Assembly: GCF_009834535.1 (NCBI RefSeq)
Contig: NC_045697.1
Location: 67,954,001-68,018,000 of the forward strand
Direction of reading: 5' to 3'
DNA length: 64,000 nucleotides
Source: Camelus ferus
Taxonomy: Eukaryota
The translations under genes were made by a program, and so were the position numbers. Each line of letters begins with the position of its first letter. The first letter of the stretch is position 1. The notes beneath the pieces were generated by a model. It saw only the letters and a list, made by a program, of their open reading frames with translations. It ran no database searches and was not told the DNA's origin. Below are positions 39,131 through 52,469 of the stretch, one piece after another.

Positions 39131-40009
39131 TGCTGATGAGTTGATGTATGAAGTCACTGCCCTGTACCACAAAATGCCTCACATAATACCAGGGTCCCTG
39201 AAACAACCACTAATATTTAATACCAAAATACATCTCACCCTGAACATTTACAATACTGCATTAACAGAAAGAACAGAAACATATCCTTCTCAACCATGTA
39301 TTTTGCTTCATTTTCTTTGGATCCTATGATTTTTATATTCAAGAAAAAGATCTAGTACGTATTACCCATTTGTCTCCATTAGATTTCTCAGTTATCAAGT
39401 CAGTATTTCTTAAACTTGCTATGTGAAAAACATTTTTGACAAAGAAATAGAAAAATCTGAAATCATATTTGAAGGTTTTCATTTCTGACATATCTGGTTA
39501 GGTCTCAGAGTGCAAGTTGCCTGAGAAATCTACTTCTTTACTCGGTACACATTCTACCTCCCACTAGGCCAAGCCTTAGTGAGACCCTTTTTGATTAGAA
39601 GTTTCTTTTCATTCTGGTAAGATGAAATGTTTAAGGATACATCAAAGTATACTTGATCAGCTGAAGCTGATCAGCTGAAGATATTCTTTACAAAAATCGT
39701 TAATGCATGCCTTTATCTTAACGAGTAAGACAAGATTTCAAAACAAGCATGCTGTTTTAAAATAGATCTCTTCACTGTTAATTTTCTAAGAGCGAACCAA
39801 GGTCATCTTTATATTGGGAGTAAAAGGTTTAGATTTTCTTAAAACTTGTAAAATAAATCTCGACACTGATTAAGTAACTCCTAAGGTCTTCTGATGGAAA
39901 AATATTTTGTTATACATTTTAAGGGGGTGTAAATAACATAGAATCATCACAACTCAGAATTTTTTTGTGGTTGATAGGTGTCATGTTTTGGTTTCAGAAG
40001 ATTCAATCA

Positions 40010-40830
40010 CTGAATTACTATTTCAATAAAACTTACTGAACACCAGATAAAAGCTATGTTCAATGTTAGGCACTGAGCACACCCAAGGTGAATTAGGTAT
40101 GTTCTTGCTTTTGAAAAACTCAGAAGCTCAGGAAGACAGCCATGTAACAAATAAATACAATGTAACATGACAATAACTATAATGATAATAGTAATAAATT
40201 CTTATTAATTTTTGTAGATTATTTATTCCACAGATTGCAGTGTTCTTAGGGTGCTTGTAGATTCTCAGAGTAAGCGCTTCAAGACGGTCAGGAAGTGATA
40301 CTTGTGTTTTGGATAATGAACAAGGGCATGCAGGGAAAGAGTGAACATGGAGGGAAAGAATCACTAGCAGAAGAAATGCCTCTGTGTAAGGTCATGGAAC
40401 CAAAATATGAATTTTAGTGGCTTTCTTGGAAAAAGTGAGAACTTCAGTGTCGCTGAAGCAAAAGCTTTTGAAGAAGATAGGGATGATTATATCTGGTATG
40501 AAATGAAAGAGGTAAACTGAGTCCAAATTGTGTGCCAGTTTGGATGCCTTCTATACCATACGGCAGTATGCAATTTCATAATGACGGCAAAGGTGAACCA
40601 ACAGAAATCTTTTAGTTAGGAAAATGTGATTAGATATTTTATGAAGATAAATCTGGTGACACTGAGAATATATATAAAAGTGGATAAAAATGGTGTTGAC
40701 AAGAGCATTTACCAGGCTGTTGCACTTGAAAGACATTAAGGACCTAGACTGAAAAGGATAATAAGCATAGATCAAAAGAAATGGCCGAATTTCAGAGACA
40801 TTCCTGATATATTCAAATGAATTCAGTGTC
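40010..40830 (-). mobile_element. L2 (antisense)
   Basis: tcaataaaacttactgaacacc...tgttaggcactgag...aacaaataaatacaatgtaacatg...tttaggaaaat. Confidence 0.55.
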
Positions 40831-43351
40831 TAAGTGGAAGAGACAACAATGAGAAAACATCTTGCTATTTGTATCTGTTGTTGAAAAAAATGTAAAAACA
40901 TTGATCATGGAAGTTGCTGGATTTTACTGGCCTTTGGCCACTAGGTGAAAACTTTAAGGTTGATCATACTGTTTAGGAGGACTAAGAGCATACCCAAATC
41001 CCTTGAGAATTATCCTTTATTATTGTGCCTTATGAAACTGAAGAAAATGTGCTTCCCCTATAGAAAAAAAAAAAAGTTAACCCTTCTTTTCATACCATAC
41101 TCCTCATTTTATTTACACTGGCAATATAAATTCAAAGATAACACAAATTCAAATTAAGTAAAACTGGAATCAGTAAAGTGAAATGATAAAAATTAGAGTT
41201 TCATCCAGAAGGATTTGGTTTGAGGAACAGATTCTGATTTATCACTGAGCTTTGAGGGTGAGAACACACGAACACGCAATCTAAGATAGCGACATGGACC
41301 CAGCCTTTTCTTACTCTTCTGGCTGTAAAGTTGGGAATTTGTAGCCACTCTGTGGCATCAAAGAAACTTGGCACAACTAAGGGAGGCCTGGGCAGCCTCA
41401 GAAGGAACACTGTGTTAGCAGGTTACTATTTCTTAAGTGCTCTGCATACAAACCACTTCCTCACCACCAATCACTGAAATCAGAGGAGTGCCTCAGATCA
41501 ATTAACTACAAAATGAAACATCTCTTGCCCAAACTACAGATGGCCCTGAAAATATGCAGACAACAGCAATGAGAGGGCAACTGGAATATGACAGCCTCAT
41601 TAACAGGAAGTCCCTAAGGACAAAAGGAAAATTCTCTGATTAGGCAAAAACTTCAATCATTGCATTTTCTTTTCTACTTTGCTTAAAAAGAGCAATGGCT
41701 TGAGGTCAGGGTCTACACTAACTCATGAGTTGTGACTAATATACTAGAAAATTATGTTCTTAGAAGGCTTCAGACTGGAGGACTGGAGAGGAAGTTTAGT
41801 CTTTCCTCTTCATTTCCACTACTCATAATTTTGGGAAATGTTTCTGTTTTTAACATTGAGTCCTCCACAAGTCCATAACATTCCTTAAAGTACTCATTTG
41901 GAGAAAAGAAGCCTTGCGACACTTGCCTTGTAGGCTTTTTTTCGCCCAAGATTATCTCTCTTACAAATTGGTGAATTGGTTTGCAATTATAAGTGGGTCA
42001 GTTTTGTAGACAGGGACAATTTTGGAATTGAATACATATAGGGAAAAACTTGTGTGCGTGTGTGGGGAGAGGAGGGGGGTAGGTAGAGAGAGGTATATCA
42101 TGAAAATAAGACAAATAATAAAAATAAATTGTGTGTGTTGATTATATTAGTCTAAGCTCATTTTCTTGAAATACCTTCTCCTGCTCAGTGTGATTCTGGT
42201 AAAGCTACTAACCACAGGGGAATTTGGGCTCCTGTATGGAGACTGCACATGTGACTCAGGGTGGGCTAATTCCTTTCTCAGGACTTTAACTAGAGCAGAG
42301 ATGTTCAGGAATGAAAGATCTTTAGTCATGATTAAAACAATGTATTCCTCTAAAGAGAATGTGAATGATTTTTTATAATTACTGTAATTTCTTGAGTTGT
42401 ATGGTTCCTGCCTTTTTAAGGCCTGTTTTTATGTTTTTTAACTCTCCTATCAGTTGCAATGATTACTTTTTTCTTGCTCTAGCTGAAGTTTAAACCGAAT
42501 GTATCAGGATTCTTCTAAAAGCAGCTTGGATATTTTGTCATAAATAGAAATAAAACTATGTATATTCCTAAGCATATAAAGTAAATATTTTATTACAATA
42601 TGGCTAAGAGTAAGGAAAATGTTAATTAATTTAACTGAGTTATAAATAATAGAATATTCAACTCTACTTCAATACTGAACAAGTACAAAACTTAATAATG
42701 TGTGTCAGAGAAGGACATCTATCCAGCTTCAATTGTCCGTTCATAATGACAAGGCATTAAGAGCACTCAAAGGATAGCCATGTATTCTGTATCTAATGTC
42801 TACTATGGAAGAAATTCATGTTAATAATTAACTGAATCCCCTTTGTTTGCCTAAAAACCAGTTAAAACATCTACCTCCACTCAATACAATTCAAGAGGGA
42901 TGATGGTAGGCAGTTGTTTGGCATGAAATTTGAAGAAATTTACTCAAAATCTCCATGATCAGTTCTATCACAGTACAGTCCAACTTTCCCATCTGTCCCT
43001 GGATACACAAAACTAATTTACCTAGAAGTCTGAAGTTCTGAGGTTTAGGATGAGCTGAGGTGACAGAGTGAATCATCTCATCCCCAAAATACGTATCTAT
43101 AAATGGACCCTAGTTCAGCAAAAATCATAGCCCCTGGCTTTACCTTGCATAGAAGTCAATGGATAAAACAAGTTCCTAGCAATCATTTGCTGGGCTGTAT
43201 AGAAAAGGACCTGCCATCAATGATGTTACCCGGAACAGCCAGCCTATTTGGCTGTTACCACGGTGACAGGATAACAATGTATTGGGAATAACTGTGAACT
43301 GTTCACATGTGGTGAGCATTCAGCCCTTCCTATCTACCCTGGAAAATTCCT

Positions 43352-43655
43352 TTTTCTTTTTTTTCCATTTTAACCATTTTTAAGTGTACAGTACAGTGGC
43401 ATTAAGTACATTCACATTGCTATAAACCAACACCTCTATCATCTCCAGAATGTTTCCATCATCCCAAATTGAAACTCCACGCCCAATGGAGTTTGGAAAC
43501 AATGACTACTTGTTCCCTCCTATCCTCAGTACCTCTATTCTACTTTCTGTCTCTGTGAATTTGCTGGGTTCCTAATAAAAGAGGAATCATGTAGTATTTG
43601 TCCGTTTGTGACTGGCTTATTTCACTTAGCATAATGTCAGAATTTCCTTCCTTTT
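43352..43655 (-). mobile_element. L1MB3-like 3' end (antisense)
   Basis: ccattttaaccatttttaagtgtacagtacagtggcattaagtacattcacattg...gtgactggcttatttcacttagcataatgt. Confidence 0.85.
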
Positions 43656-44479
43656 CTTATCTTGCAAATTCCTTATTTTAAATAGAAAAATTAAAATAGA
43701 ATAAAGCCAACTATATTAGGAATTGCATTAAAATAGTTTTTAATCCACAGTTAAAAAAAAAACAAATATGCTTGAACTGCCCCATTTTAAAATAGTCTTT
43801 ATTGAAATTATTTCTGGGAAGTCAGGAATTGAGTATGTTGTAATATATAAAATGATTTTTATAGGAGTACAAAATTGGTAATTATATGGCAAAATCCTAA
43901 CATTAATTAAATACTCACATTTTTACTGTTGCCCTAGAGAAAAAGCATTACATAGGTAAAATTTTAATGGTAATAGAATTAGAGTGTCTATTCTCTTAGT
44001 CAAAAGTATGACCTCTAAAATAATGAAAAAAACGCTTCATGTGTAGGGACAGTAGTGATTAATGACTGTAAAATATTAGAAAGGTTTCCACATAAGAAAA
44101 TCTGTCTCACAGTATTATAATCATGTCTCTAGATAAGTTTAGTGGCTTCATAAACTTATTAAAGGCATATAAAACTTCAAACACTTAGAATCTATTCTTT
44201 AACTGATGACATGGCAGAGAGGGTTTCACAACTTCAATATAACAACATTTATGGTTTTCTTTATGGCCAACTCTGTATAGTATTCTCTTTGCACACACGT
44301 CTTAATAAATGCAGCCTATTATACAAAGTTTACTGTCTACCATTCTTCAGTATCCTTGAAACCCCTGAGCAATGCCCAAAATGTAAGCTTTTTCCATAAG
44401 TTATTCTGTAGTATTCTATCAATATACCCTTGCAATGCTTTCTTTCCTCCTATTCTTGCTCCCAAATATTTCCACCATG

Positions 44480-45000
44480 AGTTCAGTAACTTCTACCCCA
44501 TGGTTAAACTCCACTGCAGTCACAGCCTCTCCCATTAAACTTGCGGCCTTGTGGAAATAGATATTCCTGCAGAACATTCAAGAGGAAGCTATCATTCTCT
44601 TACACCACCGTGTGGGTATTAACTGAGATTTCTCGGTTCCTCGGTGCCTTTTCCAAGGTGCTACTGATGATTCCTCATATAAAATCCAGTCCAGCGCTCT
44701 TGGAGGCCTATGCCAGTGGGCTGTGCAACCAGTAACCATTCCTCATGCATTCATTAATCATTCTTGTCATTTTCTTCTCTTCCACTGACAACTTTGTTAG
44801 TAGCTTTTCCCTTCTTCCATCATTCAAATCCTTACTATCATCTTGGGTGATTGTGTCCATATGAAAAACCCCACACAACACACTGCATTTTCAGTTCCTT
44901 GACCCAACATTCCTAATGACTGTCACATTTGTTCCCCCAAAACACCCAAGCCCCTAGCCATGCTCTGAACTTGGTCACTACTCTAGCTACTTCGACTCTT
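44480..45000 (+). mobile_element. L2 ORF2 endonuclease-region remnant
   Basis: ctatcatcttgggtgattgtgtccat (IILGDFNVH-like) and ccatgctctgaacttggtca (HTLDLV-like). Confidence 0.5.
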
Positions 45001-45509
45001 ATGTAATAAAAATACATATAAATGTGTTTGATTTAAAAAAAAAAAAAACTGTTACTCTTCTGACTTTCTCCTACTTAATGTAGGCCAGTCCAGCATTGAA
45101 TCATCTGAACACGGAAGGGAATCCTGTGTTATGAACAGAGCTCTCCCATCAGTGCCTGCAATTTGTGACACAGCTTCCACAATGAATAGTCAATGATCTG
45201 TGCAGGCAGACTCATTGTGTGAATAGGGGACAACATCTCCTAATGTCACCCTATCAGATCATCTATTTTACTTTCTAATCTCAAAGGAAGACAGTTATAA
45301 TCTGGAATCATTTCTATCTTCCAGATGATCTCCTAATATTTCCTCTGTATTTGCACTACGCAGCCAGTAAAATTGATTATGATGACGGAGTCATGCCTTC
45401 TCTCACCTCCCCTGTCTAACTTCCCTCACATTACCTCAACCAACCTCTTGTCTGCACACCTGCATAGTGGGCAGTTACCTCATCCCAGCAAGTATCTAAT
45501 TATCTGATG

Positions 45510-45663
45510 ACTGCTTCTTTGATTGTCTGTATCCTCCTCATGACCCTTGAATTTCCATGAAGGCAGGGGCATATATGTCCTGTTCCTTGTTGTGTTACCA
45601 TACATAACAGTATCTGGCATCATAAATGTTTGTTTAAAGAATTAAGTAAATGATTGAATAAAA
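45510..45663 (+). mobile_element. L2 3' end
   Basis: ttccatgaaggcaggggc...taacagtatctggcatcataaatgtttgtt...tgaataaa. Confidence 0.65.
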
Positions 45664-46078
45664 GAAAAAGCTTTGAGCCATAAGATTGGAAATTTCCACA
45701 TAATTTTCTTACAGTTTTCAGTTGTCTTATAAGCAGCCATAGCTCTTATTCCAATCATAACTAAAATGTACAGATTCCAAAATACACATAAAAAGTGGAG
45801 CCACGTGGATCTAAATTGGAAGATGGTATGATTCTTCTATTGCACCGAGTGCCATAATGAAAATACCAAGCAAAAGGCCAATGGAGGCAATTCATTCTGT
45901 TACCAGGAAATGTAAATATTCCTTGAAATTCACTATGCATGGGCATAAGAAAAACATATAAACTAATGTTTTATAGCATTAGACTTCAGAACAAATAAAT
46001 TATTATTTAAATCTTGTTATTTTAGGGGATCAGCAAAAGGATTTCTAGAACCATTTTACTGTCTAAAAGTATTTAGAT

Positions 46079-46079
46079 A

Positions 46080-46158
<79 letters not shown>
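46079..46158. repeat. (AAAG)20 microsatellite flanked by a 10-bp direct repeat
   Basis: Read directly; AGTATTTAGA at 46068-46077 and 46159-46168. Confidence 0.95.
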
Positions 46159-46159
<1 letters not shown>

Positions 46160-47189
46160 GTATTTAGACTTCAATAATTAATAGCAATTCAGTTGCTGTT
46201 GTGAATGAACCATTGTGAAATTTTGTTTAAATAAGCAGCTGTTTAACCAATGCCCATTATCCCTTCCTTCCTCTACTCCTTCTGGATCACATTCTGTCAC
46301 TATAACTTGTTTCTAAATTCTGAGCATCTCCATGTCTAATTTCTCTTAACCTAAAACATAAATATCCACATATTCTGTCTCATGTAAATTAAAAAGCTTC
46401 CCTTCACATTTTTCACTTCCAAACCCCAGCTACTGGCCTGTCTCACCTCTGTTGTTTGCTAAGCTTCTTGGGAAAAAAATTACTCTACATTTTAATATCT
46501 AGTACTATTGAGTCTCTACGGAAAATTAAAACCCCTCTATTTTCCTTCTTGTTCTTTTCTTTTTACTCGACTCTGCTTTGCTATGTATTTTACCACTTTC
46601 TCTTAGCTTTTCTTTAACATCTCTCACAGCTCTTTTTTCCACCTGCCTCATGAGAACTTCTTTCTCTAGGTCTTATTTAAATACTGGCGTTTCCAGACTC
46701 CTGTCTTTGGTTGCCTGACCTTTCTACAATTCTCTACATTTCTCATGGCTTTAACTAGCATCCATATGCAGTAGACAGCAAAATCGTTATCTCTTCGTCT
46801 GCCTTTTCATTTGCGCTTCAGACTTGTACATTTACTCAAATTTATGGACACATTTATTTGATACATTCCTGACAAGTTTATTGAACGAACTGAGCTCTGA
46901 AGGGAAAAATCAGAAAGCAACTCTATTTTCCCTTTTCCTTATCATACACACTCTCTAATCTCACTCTTTCTTATTCTTTCAAACATCGTCCATCAATTCT
47001 CTGCTTTCTTTTTAATGCAAGTAAGCCTCAGTTTCGGTTATTTCAAAATCACCTCCTAACCAAAAGTTCAACTGATCTCCAGGGGAGCGCCTTTCCTTCT
47101 ACAGCTCAGGGATGCCATGGACAAAAGTGGCGCCGTGTGACACTCCCCTCTTCATTTCTCTGACTTCGTGGCTGTCAGACTTCCACATG

Positions 47190-47357
47190 AATCAGCGTGA
47201 ATCAACTGTAGGATTCCTTCAACAGATTGCTCTGCCCCATCCTGAGAGCTTCTCATTCAGTCAATCTAGTGGGGTCTGAGAATTTGATTTTCTAATGAGT
47301 TCTCTGATGGCACTTTTGCTGCTGCTAGTTGGGACCATACTTAGAAAACCACTTCTC
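47190..47357. mobile_element. MER5A-like hAT-Charlie MITE
   Basis: gaatcaactg...cagattgctctgccccatcc...ggggtctgagaatttgattttctaa...gggaccatacttagaaaaccact. Confidence 0.7.
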
Positions 47358-48359
47358 TGCTCCTCCCCCCCTAGCTGGCTTTGATTGTGCTACTATGGAT
47401 ACAAGAGAGAAGAGATAGCAAAGACCTCACTAGACTGAAGAACTTGTAATTTGGTTTCAATGCCCTCAGGGTGACAGAGGAATTATTTTTGCTTTCTCTG
47501 AAGCGGTTTCTGTGAGTTACTCAGAGGTCTTCCCAATGGCACTTGTTTGTACCTATAACTCCCTTGACGTGCATCTACTACCTTTTTTTTTTATCACTCC
47601 CCTCAGGCCTTGGTCTGCAGGTACTCACATTCTGATAGAAACACTTTATCCATTTTAGTACTGTTGCTTTTAAAATGGCCCTAGGCTAACCACCTGCAGA
47701 ATTCTCATCAGGTCCTAAACACTGGTACCTTTGTTCTGCCTCCAGGAGAAATGCAGCTTCCTCCAGCACAGTCCTCGCATGCTTTGATGTTTCAGACATG
47801 AGTAAGCAAAGTGCTTTTCACCTTTTAACTAATCATGGAGAAGTCAGATTCTAGACTCCAATATCCCTCAAACTTCAGAAGATGCACATCAGGCTCTCCA
47901 AACTAGTTCCTCAAAGCCCCACTCACCTGACTTGAGGTGACAAAGAAGCACTTTATTTTCCTCTTCCCAAAGGCAGGGACAGCAAATGCCACAGCATTCC
48001 AACAAGGATCCGTTCCCCACAAAGTGTCACTCCCTCTGCTGTACAACAGCCCCACCCTCTCTACAACAACAAAGGGAGAGATGGTTTCCTGTTGGTAAAA
48101 TCTTATTACAGTGTCTTACAAAAGTGTCTAGAACCATAGCATATGGGAGACATACAAACAACTGTATACTTCTTGGCCTTTGAGGCTTTGTGAACATTCT
48201 GACACAGAAACAGCCCATTTAGACTTCCTGTTACTCTTGTTGTATATCAGACAACATACTAGAGTCTGAGGATAAAAATAGAAATGGACTTTAAGGAATC
48301 AATTTCTCTTTAGCTTAATTAAAATCCTAGTTAATATTTTATTGTTATTAGAAATAAAG

Positions 48360-48510
48360 AACGTTGGATCTGGTGGCATATTTATTAGCTATGTAACGTC
48401 AGGCAACTTATGTATCTTCCCTAGGCCTCAGTATAAATGAAGTGGGTACATTTGAAGCTTAGAACAGTGCCTGGCAGGTGGAAAGCAATCACTGAGAGTT
48501 AGGTATTACA
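48360..48510 (+). mobile_element. MIR SINE
   Basis: ttattagctatgtaacgtcaggcaactta...ggcctcagt...aagcttagaacagtgcctggca. Confidence 0.65.
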
Positions 48511-48517
48511 TGTTAGC

Positions 48518-49158
48518 TTTTTTTAAATAACGTTTTTATTTTAAAATTACTTCATATTTACAGAAAAGTTGCAAAGATAGTAAAGAGAGCGGTAGTATAC
48601 ACCTCACTATGTTTCTCCTGTTGTTAACATCATTCATTACCGTGGTTTATGTGTAAAATCTAAGAAAACACCATCAATGTTCTATTAGTGTAATTTACTG
48701 TTCCAAGCAAGGTCCTATCCAGAAAATCACCTTAATCATCATATTTTCTTTGTCTCCCCTGGTCTGGGACAGTTTCTTAATACTTCAGTATTTTTCATGT
48801 CTCTGACAGTTTCATAGAATGTCCTCTGACTTTTTAAATGTTTTTTCTGATGGTTACACTTGGAATAAGGATTGAGGGAAGAATACCACAAGGGTGATTG
48901 TCCTTCTCATTGGATGATATCAGGTGTACATGTTATCAAGTTAAAATTTTATTTCTGGTAAGTTAACCTAGATATCTTGGTTAGGGTAGTGTTTGCCAGG
49001 ACCTTCAAAATAAAGTTGCTTTTTCCCCCTTTCCATATTCCATTCTGTGAATTTCATTGTTTTTATGATCACTAAATGCTCAGATTCAAGGGGTAAGTAA
49101 ATGAGCTCCATCCACCTCAAGATGGGAAAAGCTGGAAATTATTGTGCAATTTACCACA
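48518..49158 (-). mobile_element. L1MC-like 3' UTR (antisense)
   Basis: tttattttaaaattacttcatatttacagaaaagttgcaaagatagta...gtttctcctgttgttaacatc...ttggttagggtagtgtttgccagg. Confidence 0.8.
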
Positions 49159-49346
49159 GTTAGTATTAACTAAGGTTCTCAGCAATATAATTTTTGGAAT
49201 CAACTGAAGACAAGGGAAAACAGAAGACACTGTGAAAACAGAGATAAGAAATAATTCATAATTTTGTTTTTTAGGACCAAGAACATCTGAAATAGAAAGA
49301 AATAGTTTTTCTTAAAGCACAATAATGACAATTGTGGTTAAGTCAT

Positions 49347-49710
49347 TGTTGTAGTCCATTTGGGCAGCTGTAACAGAATGTCACAGATTGGGTGGCTTAG
49401 AAATAACGGAAATTTATTGTTTACAGCTCTGGAGGTTGAGGAGTTCAAGATCAAGATGCCAGTAGATTTGGTATCTGGTGAGAGCCTGTTTCCCAGTCTA
49501 TAGACTGCACATTCTGGCTGTAACCTCATGTAGTAGAAGGGATGAGCTAACTCTCTGGGGTCTCTTTTATATAACTGCACAGCCAATCATGAGGGCTCCA
49601 CCCTCACGACCTAATCACTTTCCAAAGGATTCACCAACTAATACCATCACCTGATGGTTATGATTTCAATGAACGAATTTTGGAGGAACACAAACATTCA
49701 GACCATAGTG
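49347..49710 (-). mobile_element. MLT1A0-like MaLR solo LTR
   Basis: tagtccatttgggcagctgtaaca...gagttcaagatcaagatgccag...catgagggctccaccctcacgacctaatcac...acacaaacattcagaccatag. Confidence 0.88.
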
Positions 49711-50209
49711 ATTATCAATGAATAATAGTAGTTTAATCAAAGAGATATTTTACTTAGCCAATCCTTAATCTAAAAATTCATCTATAAATGTAGGTACAAA
49801 TGTAACTATTGACACAGTAGAAGTTTAGCTTGAAGTCACCCAAAGGATAATAGGTCTCATTGGTCCAAACTCTGTAGGAACTGTTCGTCAACACAGGATT
49901 TGGACTCCAACTCCCAGTCTAGTGTGCTTTCCACAAAAGCATGCTACTTTTTTATGGTAGAGGTATTCTGGGGAAAGTTTCCTTTAGAAAGCAACTGTAT
50001 ATTTATCTATATAGTGTGTGGATAAATATGTATTTTCTGGGTCTTTGTATCAGGAGGCAGAATAAAAATTTGCAACTTTTTGATTATTAGTGGTAAAGAA
50101 GAAAATTGTCAGCATATTACTTTCAAAATAGTTTTTCAAAAGATAAAAGTGCTGTATACTGCTTTAGAGTTAAAATGCTGTTCATAATTTTAGCTCACTC
50201 CACTTGATC

Positions 50210-50340
50210 AGGCTTATAAGAAAGAGAAGGAAGTTTATTATTCCCATTTTGCAGGTAAGAATTAAGTTCAGAAAAAATTGGGATTTGAGCAGATTTTCAT
50301 AGCTAGTAATGTGAAGTATCCAGATTTGAACTAATCAGGA
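50210..50340 (-). mobile_element. MIR SINE
   Basis: ttattattcccattttgcaggtaagaa...catagctagtaa...cagatttgaact. Confidence 0.55.
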
Positions 50341-50621
50341 TGTGGGTTTTTTAAAATATTTTCTTCATTTAAATGTGTATAATTACAGGGGAAATAATGA
50401 TTAAAATTTTGCTACCTGGTATGACTAACAGGATAAAACAAGTGATATTTCAGATGTTATCACCTCAGGCTTTATTCCTAAGATGTCTATTTTTGTAAGT
50501 CTCTGGTGATCTAGAAATATATTTAAAGCATCCCCAAATTCTTCTTATGCATACTTCAGTTTGAAAAGAACTGCTAACAAGCCCTGAAAATTAGAGATAT
50601 CCAGGGTTACAAGCATATATG

Positions 50622-50623
<2 letters not shown>

Positions 50624-50654
<31 letters not shown>
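50624..50654. repeat. (TG)15 microsatellite followed by a degenerate TG-rich tract
   Basis: Read directly from the sequence. Confidence 0.95.
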
Positions 50655-50657
<3 letters not shown>

Positions 50658-51639
50658 AATGTTAGTGCAGGTGAAGGCCTGTGTGTGCAATTGTATGTGT
50701 GTATGTACAATTACATGTGGGTTTGTGTGTCTGATGTCTTTGTGTGCTTGATATTGGGGAGGACTGCCACTTAGTAACCATTCTTTAATTGAGTGAATGA
50801 AATTACATAAAATAGTATCCCAGAAGTGCAACTTTTTTCTTGAATTTTCACTCAGGTAAATTTTAGAAATTATATCCATTCAATAACGGATTTCCTACTC
50901 CTTGTATTTTGAAAAATCAATACTTTTACATCTTCATTGTCCTTTATGGATGTAGTACATTTCTTCAAGCATCTTAAACATGGGCACCTCACGTTATATG
51001 AAGACAGACATTTTATTATAATGGTTCTTAAAATGGATTGTGAGTTCTGATTGATTTTTCTCACATTACCTGTTTTAAATGGCTTTTATAAAGCAGACAT
51101 ATAATGGCATGGTTGCCCACTATCAAAATATCAAGATGAAAATATTTAAAAAGAAGTAATACGAGGCATTTGGAAAGAAAGCCCATATTCATCCTCCTCT
51201 AAGTGGCCTTTGGGGCATTTCTGCTTAAAAATGTTAATGTGTTTTATGAGTTTTGATTTATAGATATTTTTAACATTATACCTTTAAGGTGTCAGCTCTT
51301 GGCAAACTAATTGTGCTCCCTGCCCCTTTCTAAAAGCATGAAGGCTGCTGGGTATACCTTAAGGGGACTGACAACAGAATGAGTAGGAGTCGGGTTTGTT
51401 AATAAGGTTTGATCTTAAATAGAAAAGAGAGAAATATAATAATGCTTTGAATTTAAATAACACGCTAGCGAACAGCAATAGGAAGAAACATCAATTCAAA
51501 CAGAACAGGAGGCAGCTGAAATCACATTATATAGTTCAAACTGCAGAATCGCTGTAGGATTACAAGGAGCGACAAGGATAGCACATCACTTTACGAAGCA
51601 ACTGATGCAGACTCTGTTGTCTCTCCCCATGTAGTTGCT

Positions 51640-51970
51640 TCCCTATCCTGACAATCACTTCAACAGTAGAAAAAAGTAATCTGAAAACTTGAACATAAAC
51701 CCAAAGGAAAAAAATGTCTGAATCAATAAAGAGAATAACATATTCTTCTCTTTTGTCTATGGAACCCTTACAAAATATTGTATATGAGTAATAAAGACAG
51801 CCTCAGTAAATGTTAAAAACAGAGATTTTGGAGGCCAAGTTCTCAGATTTTAATGTAATAAGCCTAGAAATCAACAACAAAAATAGCTTAACATTAAATA
51901 TAAATTTAAAATGGAAATCATCCCTAAATTAAAGAGATCTTTAAGAAAAATAACGTATCTCATCAAAGCT
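51640..51970 (+). mobile_element. Old L1 ORF2 endonuclease-domain fragment
   Basis: acatattcttctc...tatggaaccc...aagacagcctcagtaaat...ttctcagattttaatgtaataagcctagaaatcaacaacaaa (YTFFS..HGT..SDHN.IKLEINNK-like). Confidence 0.65.
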
Positions 51971-52244
51971 TCTTATAAGAAAGGAATTGTATTTGTTTAA
52001 ATGCCTTCTGTGTTTATTACCTTGACTGGGTTGACAGTTTCATGGCTGTACATGTATGTTCAAACTCATCAAATTATATATTTATGTTAAATATGTGCAA
52101 GTTATTGTATATCATTAATACCCTTACACATCTGTTTAAGAAGGCCAATAAAAAAATTACTATATGAGTATTGGGGGACTTTAAAACAAATCTAAATACT
52201 GATACTTTCAAAGTAAAATATTTTTTTCCTTCGAAGATATTTTA

Positions 52245-52345
52245 AATTAAACTTTTTTTATTTTGAAGTAATTGTAGAGTCACATGCAGTTGTAAAAAAT
52301 AATACAGAGAGATCCTGTGTATTCTTTACCCAGTTTTCCTAGAGG
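52245..52345 (-). mobile_element. L1MC1-like 3' terminus (antisense)
   Basis: ttttattttgaagtaattgtagagtcacatgcagttgtaaaaaataatacagagagatcctgtgtattctttacccagttt. Confidence 0.8.
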
Positions 52346-52469
52346 TTATTATATTTTTTCAGGTCTAAAATTTTCATTTGTGTCTTCTTTATATCTTCTA
52401 TTTCTTTACTGAGACTTCCTAATTTTCATTTGTTCTTTACTCATCTTTACTGATGTTGGTTAGGGTTGG

